A stretch of DNA of 64,000 bases. Source: Azolla caroliniana (lineage: Eukaryota > Plantae > Polypodiophyta). Below, one piece after another: positions 1-11,074 of the stretch; positions within the stretch are counted from its first letter, which is position 1; the number at the start of each line of letters is the position of its first letter. The notes below the pieces were generated by a model. The model saw only the letters and a list, made by a program, of their open reading frames with translations. It ran no database searches and was not told where the DNA came from. The stretch is taken from contig JBHGNT010000006.1 in NCBI GenBank assembly GCA_043228905.1, positions 19,282,001 to 19,346,000 of the forward strand, in the 5' to 3' direction. Both the position numbers and the translations under genes were made by a program.

Positions 1-427
1 CAAAATACCTGATGAGTTGCTCCGGGGTTGGATTGTTGATCGTGAGTATGCCTCCCTCCGGAAGGCCTGTTAATGCTCGAATCGCCTCTACCGTTATGAC
101 CTCTATATCGATTTCCTTGATCACTTTGTCGGCTTCTTTGTGTGGCGGTACTTCCATCATCATCAAGAAGCCCTCGAGCCCGTGTTGCTTTAGCCATGTC
201 TTGGCGGCTTCCGACATCGTTTGCGGGTCCATGTCTGTGTCGAGGTCGGATGGCGGTGGCGAGGTTGGATGGTGATGAGAGTGGGGTTGAGAAAGAGAGA
301 GTTCAGAAGGCGGGGGTTCTCTATGCGCAGGTTCTCGTCTGATGATCTTGCAACGTCTTGGTGCTTCTATGCTCCTGGGTTCGCGAAAGTAGAGGGTCTC
401 TACGTGCAGTGGTTTTTGTCTATGCAT
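1..427 (-). CDS. N-terminus of the extra post-pol ORF of element A (runs off the window; absent from the ORF track)
   Basis: Hand translation from the ATG at 427: MHRQKPLH...MDPQTMSEAAKTWLKQHGLEGFLMMMEVPPHKEADKVIKEIDIEVITVEAIRALTGLPEGGILTINNPTPEQLIRYF. It aligns by eye with the ORF at 57540-59147 (VSEELRLWLHERNLQGFIK...ALQMPRGG...PSSEALQSYF). Confidence 0.75.
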   Translation of the reverse strand, partial: MHRQKPLHVETLYFREPRSIEAPRRCKIIRREPAHREPPPSELSLSQPHSHHHPTSPPPSDLDTDMDPQTMSEAAKTWLKQHGLEGFLMMMEVPPHKEADKVIKEIDIEVITVEAIRALTGLPEGGILTINNPTPEQLIRYF

Positions 428-602
428 TCTGGCGCCTTTTTCGAGTGTGTGCATGTCGCGTACTTAAAATAGCATTATGTCCTGTGGTGGCGCTTTAAAT
501 GCCCACTACGTACCTTTTCGCTCCACGCTCTTTCATCCATTCATTCCTCGCTTTTATTTTTATTTTTTTATTTTTATAGTTATTATTATTATTAGTGTGA
601 CG

Positions 603-3600
603 TCACTTGTCCGTTGGTCCTCTCGGACCCTTACCGGCCTCATTCTCCCCAGTTACCAGCTCGCCTTCTCTGCCGTCTTGGTGGTTGCCGTCGGTCCTTT
701 GCTCAAACGGGTTCTTAGGCATCGGTCCTCTATATGCCTTCAACCGGAATCCGTTGACCCATTTGCCTAGCACTTCGCCGGCAAGTGTCCCTAACTGGTA
801 GGACCCATTATACTCCCGTGTTAGCCAATATGGTCCGGTCCATCTAAACCGTAGCTTACCTGGCATCTTGCCCATCCGGGTTTGGAATACTAACACCGGT
901 TTGCCGATTGCGAACATTTTTTCGTTACCTTTCCTGTGTCGGTCGACAAATGCTTTCCGTCTGCGTTGCTCCAATTCTAAATGTAGGATGCTGGCCAGTC
1001 GTTGTTCCTCGAGCTCACACAGCGCTGTCAACCTTATTGCCTCCGACTCCTTCTCGTTCAGCCTTTCCCGTAGCTGGATCCGTAAGCTAGGTACTTAGAA
1101 TTCTACCGGCATGACCGCCTCGAGTCCGAACGCCAACCGGAACGGTGTTGTTCGGATGCTCGTTTTGTATGCTGTCCGGTATGCCCAAAGCGCGCTATGT
1201 AGCTTTGTGTCCCAATCCGTCCGGTTTTCTTTGACGATCTTCCGGAGGATATTCTGTAGCATCTTGTTTGTTGATTCCGCTAAGCCGTTCGCCTGTGGAT
1301 AGTAAGGTGTGCTCCGTTTGTGTACAACAGCATAGAATGTCGTCAGGCTTTCCACTACTTGGCCAAGAAAGTGCCCCCCTTGGTCACTTATCAATTCAAT
1401 GGGGCATCCGTAACGGCACCAGATGTACTCATATAGAAACTTTGCCGTTGACGCAACGGTGTTATCCCGTAAAGCTTTGGCCTCCACCCATTTCGTGCAG
1501 TAATCCGTAGCAATGATAACGTACCGATTACCCGTTCTCATTGCCGGTGGCTTGAACGGTCCTACAAAGTCTAGCCCCCACTTTTGGAATGGCTCGAGTG
1601 GTAGTACCGGCTGGTGTGGCATATGAGCCTACTCCGTTGGCTGGCCCATTCTCTGGCATAGGTCACATTCTTTTGCGTACCGTATCGCATCTCTTAATGT
1701 TGTTGGCCACCATAGGCCACTTTACCATATTTTTCTGGCCGTCGCATCTCCGGCATAGTGACCTCCGGCCACTCCGTAGTGGGCTTCCCTCAGTATCAGT
1801 TCCTTTTCATCGCTGCGCACCGCCCGTCTCCATATGCCGTCCGCGCCCTTGTGGTACAATGTGTCTTGTAGTAAGCAGAAATGCCAGCTTTGCACCGCCA
1901 GGCGTTTCCGTTCGTCTCGGTTCAGCTCTTCCGGAGGCAGTCCTGTGCTCAGAAACTGGTGCTTATTTGTGAGCCACTTGTCTTCCTGGGCCACCGTCTC
2001 ATCTGCTGCCGTCTCCGTAGTGACTCGAAACAGCTCCGCATCCGGAAACTCATCCGGTACTTCGTCACCCGTCTCTCCGGACTCCAATCGGCTTAAGTAA
2101 TCCACTACGGCATGCTGTATACCGGGTCGGTGGAATATTTCAAACTCGAACTCCTGTAACAGTAAGGTCCACTGGGCCAATTTGCCGGTGAGTGACGCTT
2201 TGGACACCAGGTAAAGGAGTGCCGAATGATCTACATGGAAGGAAAACTTCCTTCCCAACAAATAATGCCGAAACTTTGTCACACTGTAGATCATCCCTAG
2301 AGCTTCCCGTTCCGTAGTAGAGTAGTTCCGTTCTGCTTGGGATAGCTTCTGGCTGGCATAGTACACTGGCCGGTACCACTTTGGTTCCGTAAGCTGCATT
2401 AGTACGCTTCCGATTGCGATGTCGGAGGCGTCCACGAACACGTGAAATTCTTTACTCCAATCCAGAGGCTGCACTACCGGTGCCTGCGACAATAGTACCT
2501 TGAGGGCCCTATACGCCCTATCCTCCGTGTCGGTCCATTGGAATGGTGTCCGATGTACGGCGGCATGCAACGGTGTAGCTAGGTCGGCCAAGTATTGGAG
2601 CATCCAGCTGTGCCACTGGATTTGGCCTAAGAACCGGCTTAATGCCTTTGCCGTTACCGGCGCCGGTGCTTCTAATATGGCTTTCACTTTGTCCGGGTCG
2701 ACTGCAAGACCTTCCTGGCTCACAATATGTCCTAATAAGGTTCCACTGGACACGCCAAATACACACTTTGCCGGATTCAAGCTTAGCCGGTACGCTCTAC
2801 ACTTTTCTAGACAAAGACGGAGGTGCTGAAAATGGTCCTCCTCCCGGCTATAGACGGCGAAATCGTCAAGGAAAACCTGCATAAAAGCCGGTATATATTC
2901 ACCAAAGATTTCCATGATGATTCGTTGAAATGTTGCCAGTGCCGTTTTGAGTCCGAACATCATCACCACGGCCACAAAGACCCCCCATTCGGTGATGAAT
3001 GCCGTTTTCTCTTGGTCGTCAGGGTGCATCCGGATCTGATTATACCCGCTGAATCCGTCTAGGAAGCTATAGACCTCATGGCCGGCGATGGCATCCAACA
3101 CTCCATCTGTGAATGGAAGTGGAAACGCATCCGTTACCGTAGCCGCATTGAGTTTCCGGTAGTCCACGCAAACTCGAATTTTTCCGTTCTTCTTCGGTAC
3201 GACTACGATCAGGCTCAGCCATGTCGCTTTCTTTACCGGACGGATAAAGCCAAATCTTAGCAGTTTGTCGATTTCCTCCTTGACTTTGGCGGCATAATTG
3301 GGATTCATCCGGTACCGTCTTTGTGCCACTGGTTTTGTGTCCTTTCTCAAGTGAACCTGATGCTGGTATAACTGAGGGTCGAGTCCTCGCATGTCTTCGT
3401 ATGACCAGGCGAACACATCGCGAAATTCCGTGAGAAGTGTGATCATCGTCGTTTTGTCTTTGGACTTCATCTCCTTGGCGATGGGCGTGCCATGTGTTAC
3501 CGGTTTTGCTTCGTCCGTGGTCCCTAGGTTCACCTCTTCTAGTTGCGACGCTTTTACGCGCTGTGAAACGGCCATTTCCCGTTCCAACGCTTCCTGCGCT

Positions 3601-4551
3601 TGCCGTAACTCCCGGTTCTGCTTCAGCCTCTTCCGGTTGCGGTAAGTATGGTGCTACTGCTTCGGCAATGTCAATTTCGAAGAGGGGTATGATCTTCGGG
3701 TTTTCCTGCAGGTATTGAGCTTCTTCTTCGTCCGCTAACCCTTCTAGCATGTTGACGCATTCCGCATACAACGGTGTACATTCCTTGCCAGTGATCGTCC
3801 TTGGCTGTGTTGGTACCCGTACCTTGGCTTTTCCTCGCCGGAAGGTAATTATATTTTTTCGCCAATTCTGTTTGATATGTGCCGTTTTCAACCATGGCCG
3901 CCCCAGCAATAGCGGGTATGCGCCTTGTGCCTGTAATTGTAGCACTACGACCGAGATGTGAAATGTATGACCGCCGATGGTGACTTCTAATTTCCGTATT
4001 AATCCTGTCGGCCGCACTGAGCTTGTATCGGCCATCCGCAACCAGAACGGACACGACTCCCACTCGTGGATTCCTAGGTCATCACACGTCCGGAGGCTTA
4101 TTACATTCACCCCAGACCCTCCGTCTATAACTGTGCCGGGGAGTTCTTTCCCTTTCACAATGGCAGTGATTACCGGACTGCTGGTGTCCACCACCGTTGG
4201 TCCCTCCTCCAGATTCGAGAAGAGTACCGGTGCCGGTGATGGTTCTCCTGCCGTCATGGCCGTCTTCAGTCCTTCCGTGAATCTTGGCATGAGTTGTAGG
4301 AGTCTTCCTAGTGGTAACGTAATCTGGCATTCTTGCAACGCCTGCCATGTCTCGTTCTCGGACTGACTACTGCCGGCAAGCCCTGCGGTGTTCTCCTTTT
4401 GCTGCTGTAAGTCTATGACATTCTGCTCGTTTGCTTTCTTTACCCATTCCGTTGCTTGTTTCCGGATGGTCTCTTGTGTCTCCCATTCTTTTGCCATGCC
4501 CTTCGACCTTGTGGTCACCTGCTGCAGATCCGCCACCTCAGGGACTACCAT
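603..4551 (-). pseudogene. pol: pol of element A (protease, RT, RNase H, integrase), broken by stops and frameshifts
   Basis: ORFs 3076-4551, 1722-3587, 1095-1622 and 603-1031 (GKLRFRWTGPY) are consecutive pol segments, colinear with element I. Confidence 0.9.
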
Positions 4552-4761
4552 ATTTACCGCCAGTCATTTTTCATAGCTCTTCACTGGGCTTTGGTTACTA
4601 TAATGGCCTTCCTGTCGGCAGTAGTAGCAGTAGGCTTTCCGGGTATTGCTAGATTCGGCATTGTCTGTTGTACCCGGGGCAGGTCCTACGGTATGCGCGG
4701 GGTTTTGTACCGGTTGGCTACTTGGAGCTCCTTGTTCCGGATCCCGGGGGTAGCCGCCTTT

Positions 4762-5831
4762 TTAAAAATGCCGTTTTTTGTTATAGCTCTTCTTATTACG
4801 GTACTCTTGACGGGGTTGCCCGTTATATCTGCCGTATTCCTCCCGTTGCTGACGATACCCGGGGGAGTGCTCTCGGTCATAATGTTCGTATCGTCTATTG
4901 TAATCCTGGTACCGATCATGCCGGTCATAGTTATCCCGCCGATCACCGTACCGGACATCATTTTCCCATCGCTCGCCATACCGGACATCCTGTGCTGGTC
5001 GGTCACGGTCCATTCGCCGCCAGTGTTCGTCTTCTTCATCCCGGCTGCTGCGTGGCTCAATTTGTCGGACGGGCGGTGCTTGCCGATTCAACAGATTATA
5101 CTCGCACCTATCCGTCGTATGGCTCTTGGATTGACAGATTACACATTGCGTCCTCATAGTGCATTCTAGAGCCGAGTGTCCGGAATTCAAGCAAGTTGTG
5201 CACTGTATTGGTTGCCGAAACCGGAGGTCTTCATCGGACGGTAACGCCCGTTGAAGTGCTCCCAGTGTGAGCCAGGAGCTTGTCTTTTCCATCTCTCTCA
5301 CCCGGTCAATGACCTAGTCGATGGTACTTGTGCGGAAGTCGATTACCGTGCAAACCGTGTGTAGGGGTTCCCGAAGCGCGTTTAGGAATATAGTCCGTAA
5401 TTCCTCTTCCGAGGGTGCGCGGGCAAGCTGACTATGCATCCGTTGAAACCGGATGACAAATTGGGGGATGCTCTCCCCTGCCTCTTGCCGGATGGTATAA
5501 AATAAGCCTACCATTACGGTCTGGTCCACCTCCTTTTGAAAAAAATGCAAGAATTTAGTTTTTAAATCTGCAAAGGTGTTGATGGTAGACGGGTCCTGCG
5601 TCCGGCGCCATCTTGTTGCCGGTCCCTCCAATGTGACGCCAAATTCCGCTATCTTAGAGCGTTCTTCTTCCTCCGGGGTCAATCGCTGGGACACATGGTT
5701 GGCTTCCCATGTCTGTTCAAAGGCGTGCACATGAGCTTCCGCGTCCGGATCATCTCTGTACTTGGAGTACTGGAACGACATGTCGTCGTCCGGTATTGGT
5801 GCGCGGGTTGGCAGTGTTGGTGCTCGTTCCG
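4762..5831 (-). pseudogene. gag: gag of element A
   Basis: ORF 5314-5847 is capsid-like (DAEAHVHAFE...LEGPATRW...IRQEAGESI). ORF 4762-5301 has two CCHC knuckles (CTTCLNSGHSALEC, CVICQSKSHTTDRC). Confidence 0.8.
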
Positions 5832-5963
5832 GAATCTTTTGTCGCAAACTCCGCTAATATTGCTTTCTCGAACTCAGACCATGGTGTCTTGCCTTCTTGA
5901 AGCTCGATGACGCGCCTTTGGATGTTGTTGGCGACCACTCTCTTGAAGCTTGTGATTTCATGC
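5832..5963 (-). pseudogene. gag: Element K gag remnant (D/E-like family), left part
   Basis: Translates EITSFKRVVANNIQRRVIELQEGKTPWSEFEKAILAEFAT, nearly identical to D gag. It continues seamlessly at 44319. Confidence 0.85.
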
Positions 5964-6357
5964 TGTTGTAGTGTAGTCCGCACACTACGTGAAAAATGTA
6001 AAAATAATATATCTGATTTAAGTACATATATATAAATAAAAGAAAATATTAAAATATGTATTACATGCATAGGTCAAGATTTGAAACCTATACCTCCATG
6101 TAAATAAACCAGAACTTTACCATTGTATTAACTTATCATAAGTGTTATAAAATAGATTTAATGGGTATAAGACTTTTATTTATTCCTATCTTTATTAAAA
6201 GGTAAATCATGCATTTTTAGAGTGTGTGAATACTTTATTTACAAGAAAAATAGAAACCAATAAAGAAATACTCGTGCACATATAGCGTGCATGAGCACTA
6301 TATTTAGGAAATAAAAGCATAGTGGAAAAAGAAACTCAAGAGCCGAAAGGCATGACA
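5964..6357 (+). repeat. 5' LTR of C (internally deleted by ~330 bp)
   Basis: TGTTGTAGTGTAGTCCGCACAC...GGCATGACA. It matches 43597-44318 except that ~43970-44299, which includes the TATA box, is missing. Confidence 0.85.
6067..6137 (-). promoter_or_regulatory. Degenerate tRNA-like Pol III A/B-box module in the C 5' LTR
   Basis: Minus strand TAATACAATGGTAAAG...GGAGGTATAGGTTTCAAATC with tRNA-like spacing. Confidence 0.5.
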
Positions 6358-6374
6358 CTAGTGGTGGCAAGGAG

Positions 6375-8402
6375 ATGGAAATTCAACTAGAGGCTAACAA
6401 CATGATGGTGATGTTTGAGTGGATGCTACAAGAACAACGTGCGATGTCGGAGATTGCGGCGGCAATAGAGCGGCTCGTGCAACGGAACAAGCAATTCAAT
6501 CGGAAAGATGTGTCGTGGTATTTGCGAGATTACAAGGCAGAAATGCTACGGTGTGGAATTTCGGAAGGATTACAAGTGACATCCTTCAACCGGATGGCGA
6601 CCGACGGTCTTCAAGGGAGTATCCATGGGATACAACAACAAAATCCGACATGGGAAGCATTTGAAGAGGCCCTAAAGACCATGTTCGCCATCGAGGACTC
6701 CTCTAAGGCAACGAGGAGAGGATTCGAAGATTGGGTGAAAACGCTGGACAAGGGGATGAAGGTCCTCGACGTGTTTTCGGCATTCGAAAGTCGGTTTGGG
6801 AGGTTGTCCGCGAGAGATCAAGCTATCCTCACACCGGACAAAGTGATCATGTTCCCATGAGCCATGGACGTCCGGGATCGGAAAGATCTTGGAGTGCTTC
6901 TGGAGGACATGACCACCAAGAGTGGCCTCACTGATACATGGGATAACTTGCGAGATATCGTCTCACGATACACAAAGAGGGGGCAATGGCTTGTTAACGA
7001 AGAAAAGAGGGTTTCGGAACCGATTCCGAAACCGAGATCTGGATTGGAAGACCATCAACCGCGGGCTCGGGAGACTACGACCGAGAAGGGAATCGACGCA
7101 ACTACGGTGGAGCAGCTGCTAAAGGAGATGGAGAATCTAAAAATCGTGATGGTGAAGAAGTTAGATGATCGTTCCACAAGTTACAGGTATGTGGACCGTC
7201 GGTGTATATGGTGTGCTAGCACCGAACATGATCGGAGGGATTGCGACGAGCACAAGGAGGCGTTACGACGAGATCTTATCTACTACAAGGGAAATCAGAT
7301 TCATTCAATGGACTCTTAGAAGCCACTTTGACCGAACTTCCAGAAAGTCGGCATGAAGAAGGTCCTAGAGGCGAAAGGTAATTATGCGACAACCGCGGGA
7401 ATAAGTGTGGGTGAGTCATCGGGAGCAAAGGCGTCTTTTTGGCCGGGTGTGCTAGAAAACCCTGAGAAAACTGACTCCAATGAGATCCGAAGCCCTGTGG
7501 AAGGCATCCGTGAAGCTACGGGATGGGAGTGCCCCATCGATATGAATAGCGTGTACGCCTTATGTCAATTGCATGAAGTGTATATAGATGAGAAACAACA
7601 ACGCACGGATGATGCGGCCTGACCATCGAAGACACTAGAAAGCTAGAACTCCGGAGGGAAGGGAAAAGAAAAGAAGATTTCGGCATTCAAGCTCGCCTCG
7701 GACATCGAACAACAAACGGATTTGAAAAAGGTGTTCGAGAAGAGAATCCTCGATAACCGGGTAGAATTTTCGCTTTGGGAATTACTCGGAATAGCGAAGG
7801 AGTTCCACGATCTTCTTGTGGATCTCATGAAGAGGAAAAGACAAAGTACGGAGGAAAATGCTCCAAGGGTGAATGCAAATAACATTTTAATGAATGACAC
7901 CGAATTGGAGGAAGAAATTCTGAACTCCCACTACGGAAGGCCACATTGGGCACATGCAACTACGGAGACTCCGGTCCGAATCGGCAACATCAAAGAGCCT
8001 GTGCTAGCATTGATTGATCACGGATCGGAGATCAACTTGATGTCCAAGGAGTTCTACCGGAAGGGGAAATGGTCTATTAATACTAATCATGGATGGAAGA
8101 TCCGAGCAGCCACTAAAGCAATAGAAGACCTATTTGCGGCTTGTCCGGATGTGATGGTGAGGATCGAAGATGTGGAGATATACCAAAATTTCTTCGTGCA
8201 AGATGAGGTCTCACACTCCATGATCCTTGGGAAACCCTTTATCACGGCACCACGGATGGAGATGAAGGTGCTCGATAGCGGTGCGGCTTTGACATGAATT
8301 CGGAGTCAAAGCGGAGGGAAATCCGTCCAATTCCTAATTGTGCATGTGAATCATGAAAGGAACAAGAGGGAGCTCTTGTCCCAAACAAAGATGGATTTTT
8401 AG
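6375..8402 (+). pseudogene. gag: gag-protease of C
   Basis: Knuckle CIWCASTEHDRRDC, protease ALIDHGSEIN, several premature stops; ends GAT TTT TAG. Confidence 0.85.
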
Positions 8403-8456
8403 AGCGGACTGTTGCAAAGTGGGGAAGTGATAGTCCAAGAAGCTGTGATACCCCAC
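8393..8456 (+). promoter_or_regulatory. Predicted -1 ribosomal frameshift signal of C (G GAT TTT plus pseudoknot)
   Basis: Slippery heptamer immediately before the gag stop; stem GGACT/AGTCC; loop GTGGGG pairs with downstream CCCCAC; pol lies in the -1 frame. Confidence 0.7.
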
Positions 8457-9953
8457 ATAGGAAGAAAACTCTCGGAGCAAAACAAGTACGAATCGGTCCA
8501 GATGGGGCATCTACATACACGACTGTAACCGGAGGAATGAAGAAAGAATACCGAAAAGTAGAGGATAAGTTACGGTCGGCATCAATAATAAAAGAAGAAG
8601 AAGAAATCGTGGGAGTAGTTGAAGAAGTGTTCTATGGGAGCACGCTACAACGGCTTGAAGAGCTTGCGAAAGAAAATAGCCAAGGAGATTGAGTAGTTCC
8701 GGTGGAATTGGTCGAGATGTACGAGATCATTGCGAAAATGGGGCCGGATGCGCTCTGCAAAGAAGAAGCAATGGTAAGTACAAAATACAAGACCGTGGAG
8801 AAGAAAGTGAAACCGGCCGTGGGACCGTTACCCGCCGATAGCGAACAAAAGAGGAAAGAAGTCTCGGGAGATCCAACATTTCGAAAGTCCGTGGATATCA
8901 GACATGCCTTCACGGATGAGACCCAGAAAGAACTTCGGATCGGTGGAGGTGGTTTCCTCTTACAAAAAGAAAAAGAACGGTTTCATGAGATGTTGGAACA
9001 ACATGGAAAAGCATTTGCATTCACATCGAAGGAGATAGGGTGCGTTGATCCGAAGATAGTGGAGCTGATGGTGATCTTCACGATTGATCATGTGTCGTGG
9101 AAACTCAAGTTGATTCTGGTGCCACAGGCGCATATTCCGAAAGTCATCAACTTGCTCAAGGAGAAGGTGGTGATGGGGATTCTAGAGCCATCAAACGCTC
9201 TGTACTCAAATCAATGGTTTACGGTTCCGAAGAAGAATGGGTCACTCCGGTTTAATCAAGACTTGCAACCGGTGAACAAGGTCACGATCCGGAACTCCGA
9301 AGTCGGTCCGATAATGGACGAATTTGCGGAAGCATTTGCTGGACGCATGATATACTCCATCGGAGACCTATACTCCGGGTATGACCAATTCCAACTAGCC
9401 GTGGAGAGCCGAGACATCACTACCATGCGAACACTGATAGGATTAGTCCGTATGTGCACACTACCACAAGGCACAACAAACTCGGTTGCACATATGATGA
9501 ATGCATTGAACAAGGTGCTCCAAGACGGCATTCCGGAGATAACGATGCCGTTCTTAGATGACATTCCGATGAAAGGATGCGCGGTGGAGGAAAAAGATGA
9601 GACTATGGATGATTGGGGATGCCGACAGTTCGTAGTCGACCATATTCGCGATTGTGAGAAAGTGCTACAGAAGTTAGAAGATGTGCACCTAACACTTTTT
9701 GGAGAGAAATCAGCATTCAGACAAGAAGAAATATTGGTAGTCGGACATCTATGTGGGCCCTACGGCCGAAGACCGTCACCAACCAAGATCGATTTGATTC
9801 AAGCTATGAAAGAAGTATGCGAGTCACAATCCAAAGTCCGAAGGTTTCTTGGAGCATGTGCATTCTATCACATATGGATTCTGCACTATGCACATACTGT
9901 GGACCCACTCTATCACTTGTTGCGGAAGGGTAAGAAGTTCGAATGGAGACCGG
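8403..9953 (+). pseudogene. pol: pol of C, 5' part (RT)
   Basis: ORF 8702-9961 contains YSIGDLYSGYDQF, LPQG and PFLDDIPMKG. It is interrupted by D. Confidence 0.9.
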
Positions 9954-10339
9954 TGTCGTGAAGATTTTCGGCAATAGTGTGAAAATCCCATAAAATGTAC
10001 AAAATCGAGTATGAATCACGTAATACAATAATTGTGAAGATAACATTTTTAATATCTAAGTACAAAATGATGGAGGTTTCGAATGCACTTTATTACACGA
10101 GAAATAGACAACTAAATGTCAAGATATGAGGGTATAAAGTTTGTGAAAAGAAAAGAGAAAATTGTGAGATATCCCACATAGGCACGACAAATACGGCTCC
10201 CATCATATATAAGGTGGAGCAAAAGATATTATCTTTGTGTCTATGTGTGGAGCATAGAGAGTTCAAGGTAACTTGAACTTAGAGTGGAGGTGGCTAGCTA
10301 CTCGAAAAGGGTTTTGGCCAACCAAAACCGGACCAGCGA

Positions 10340-10497
10340 TGGAGCCGGTGATCCGACGGCATCCGACGGCAATCCGGCAGCGGCATGCGGCACCGGTATC
10401 CGGCGTCGGCATCCGGCGTCGGCGTTGGCACCGGCATCCGGCGTCGGCATCCGGCGGCGGCACTGGTATTCGGCGACGGTATCCGGCGAACCGTCGA
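10340..10497. repeat. GC-rich variable minisatellite (CCGGCGTCGGCAT-like units) in the D/E LTR
   Basis: Imperfect tandem units, arranged differently at 17085-17280, 27680-27840 and 34580-34671. Confidence 0.75.
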
Positions 10498-10547
10498 CTA
10501 GATAAAATAAATATATAAAAATATATACATATTTACATATACAAGGA

Positions 10548-10618
10548 GGGCAAGTATGGATTCGAACCTTGCACCTCCAAGTTAGGAGTCAAATGGCTTA
10601 CAATTAAGCCATGGTATT
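10548..10618 (-). promoter_or_regulatory. tRNA-like Pol III A/B-box module in the D 5' LTR
   Basis: Minus strand TGGCTTAATTGTAAGCC...CTCCTAA...GGTTCGAATCC, followed by a T5 run at 10517-10521. Confidence 0.75.
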
Positions 10619-11021
10619 TAGTTGAAATTATATTTCTATCATTGTACTTTTACATGTAAATTCTCATCCATGAGAGCTAAAATGAGTGACATGGTTAGCA
10701 TGCACCACATGTAATACTTAAGCGCCAAATGGAAAACATGCAATTTATGCATGTCTTGTACCCTCACATGCATCATATGCATGAGAGCATCTATAAAAGA
10801 GGGAAGGGGGAGGAGAAAAAAGACAGTTTTTTTGTATGAAAATTAAGAGGAAGAAACTCGTTATCAAATCAATTGTGTAATCTCAACTTCTCTCTTTCCC
10901 AATCTATCTTAAGTACTTTCTCGCCAAAGCTTGTATCGACTCTAAATCCTTCCGGTCCAGAACCCCGGCGGTTCCGCCTCACGATCCGCGTGTAGTGACG
11001 GATCTTCACGACATAATAAAG

Positions 11022-11039
11022 TGGTGAACCCGACGTGAA
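11022..11039 (+). promoter_or_regulatory. Primer-binding site, tRNA-Trp
   Basis: TGGTGAACCCGACGTGAA is complementary to the 3' end of plant cytosolic tRNA-Trp (…UUCACGUCGGGUUCACCA, recalled). It lies 8 nt after the LTR. Confidence 0.85.
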
Positions 11040-11074
11040 AGAGGCGGTAGGAAGGATCAAGTCGAGATTAATAC

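Larger units (their letters stand above)
1..5831 (-). mobile_element. Element A: Athila-like (OTA clade) Ty3/gypsy retrotransposon; 5' end deleted, 3' end beyond the window
   Basis: Order gag - zinc knuckles - protease (VIDGGSGVN) - RT (FLDGFSGYNQI, FLDDF) - RNase H - integrase (WGLDFVGP) - extra ORF. No LTR in the window; gag is joined directly to the K fragment at ~5831. Confidence 0.85.
9954..11013 (+). repeat. 5' LTR of D
   Basis: TGTCGTGAAGAT...ATCTTCACGACA, a 12-bp terminal inverted repeat. TATA-like CTATAAAAG at ~10791. Confidence 0.95.

Noticed and set aside
4755-4770. TTTTTAAAAA at the A gag stop as a programmed frameshift
   Set aside because: No valid in-frame slippery heptamer; more likely a homopolymer indel.
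4456-5169. Hydrophobic 237-aa plus-strand ORF and many similar antisense ORFs
   Set aside because: Shadows of the opposite-strand gag/pol reading frames, with no independent motifs.
10548-10618. Functional tRNA gene calls for the LTR modules
   Set aside because: Acceptor, anticodon and T stems pair poorly; only the boxes, their spacing and some D-stems remain.
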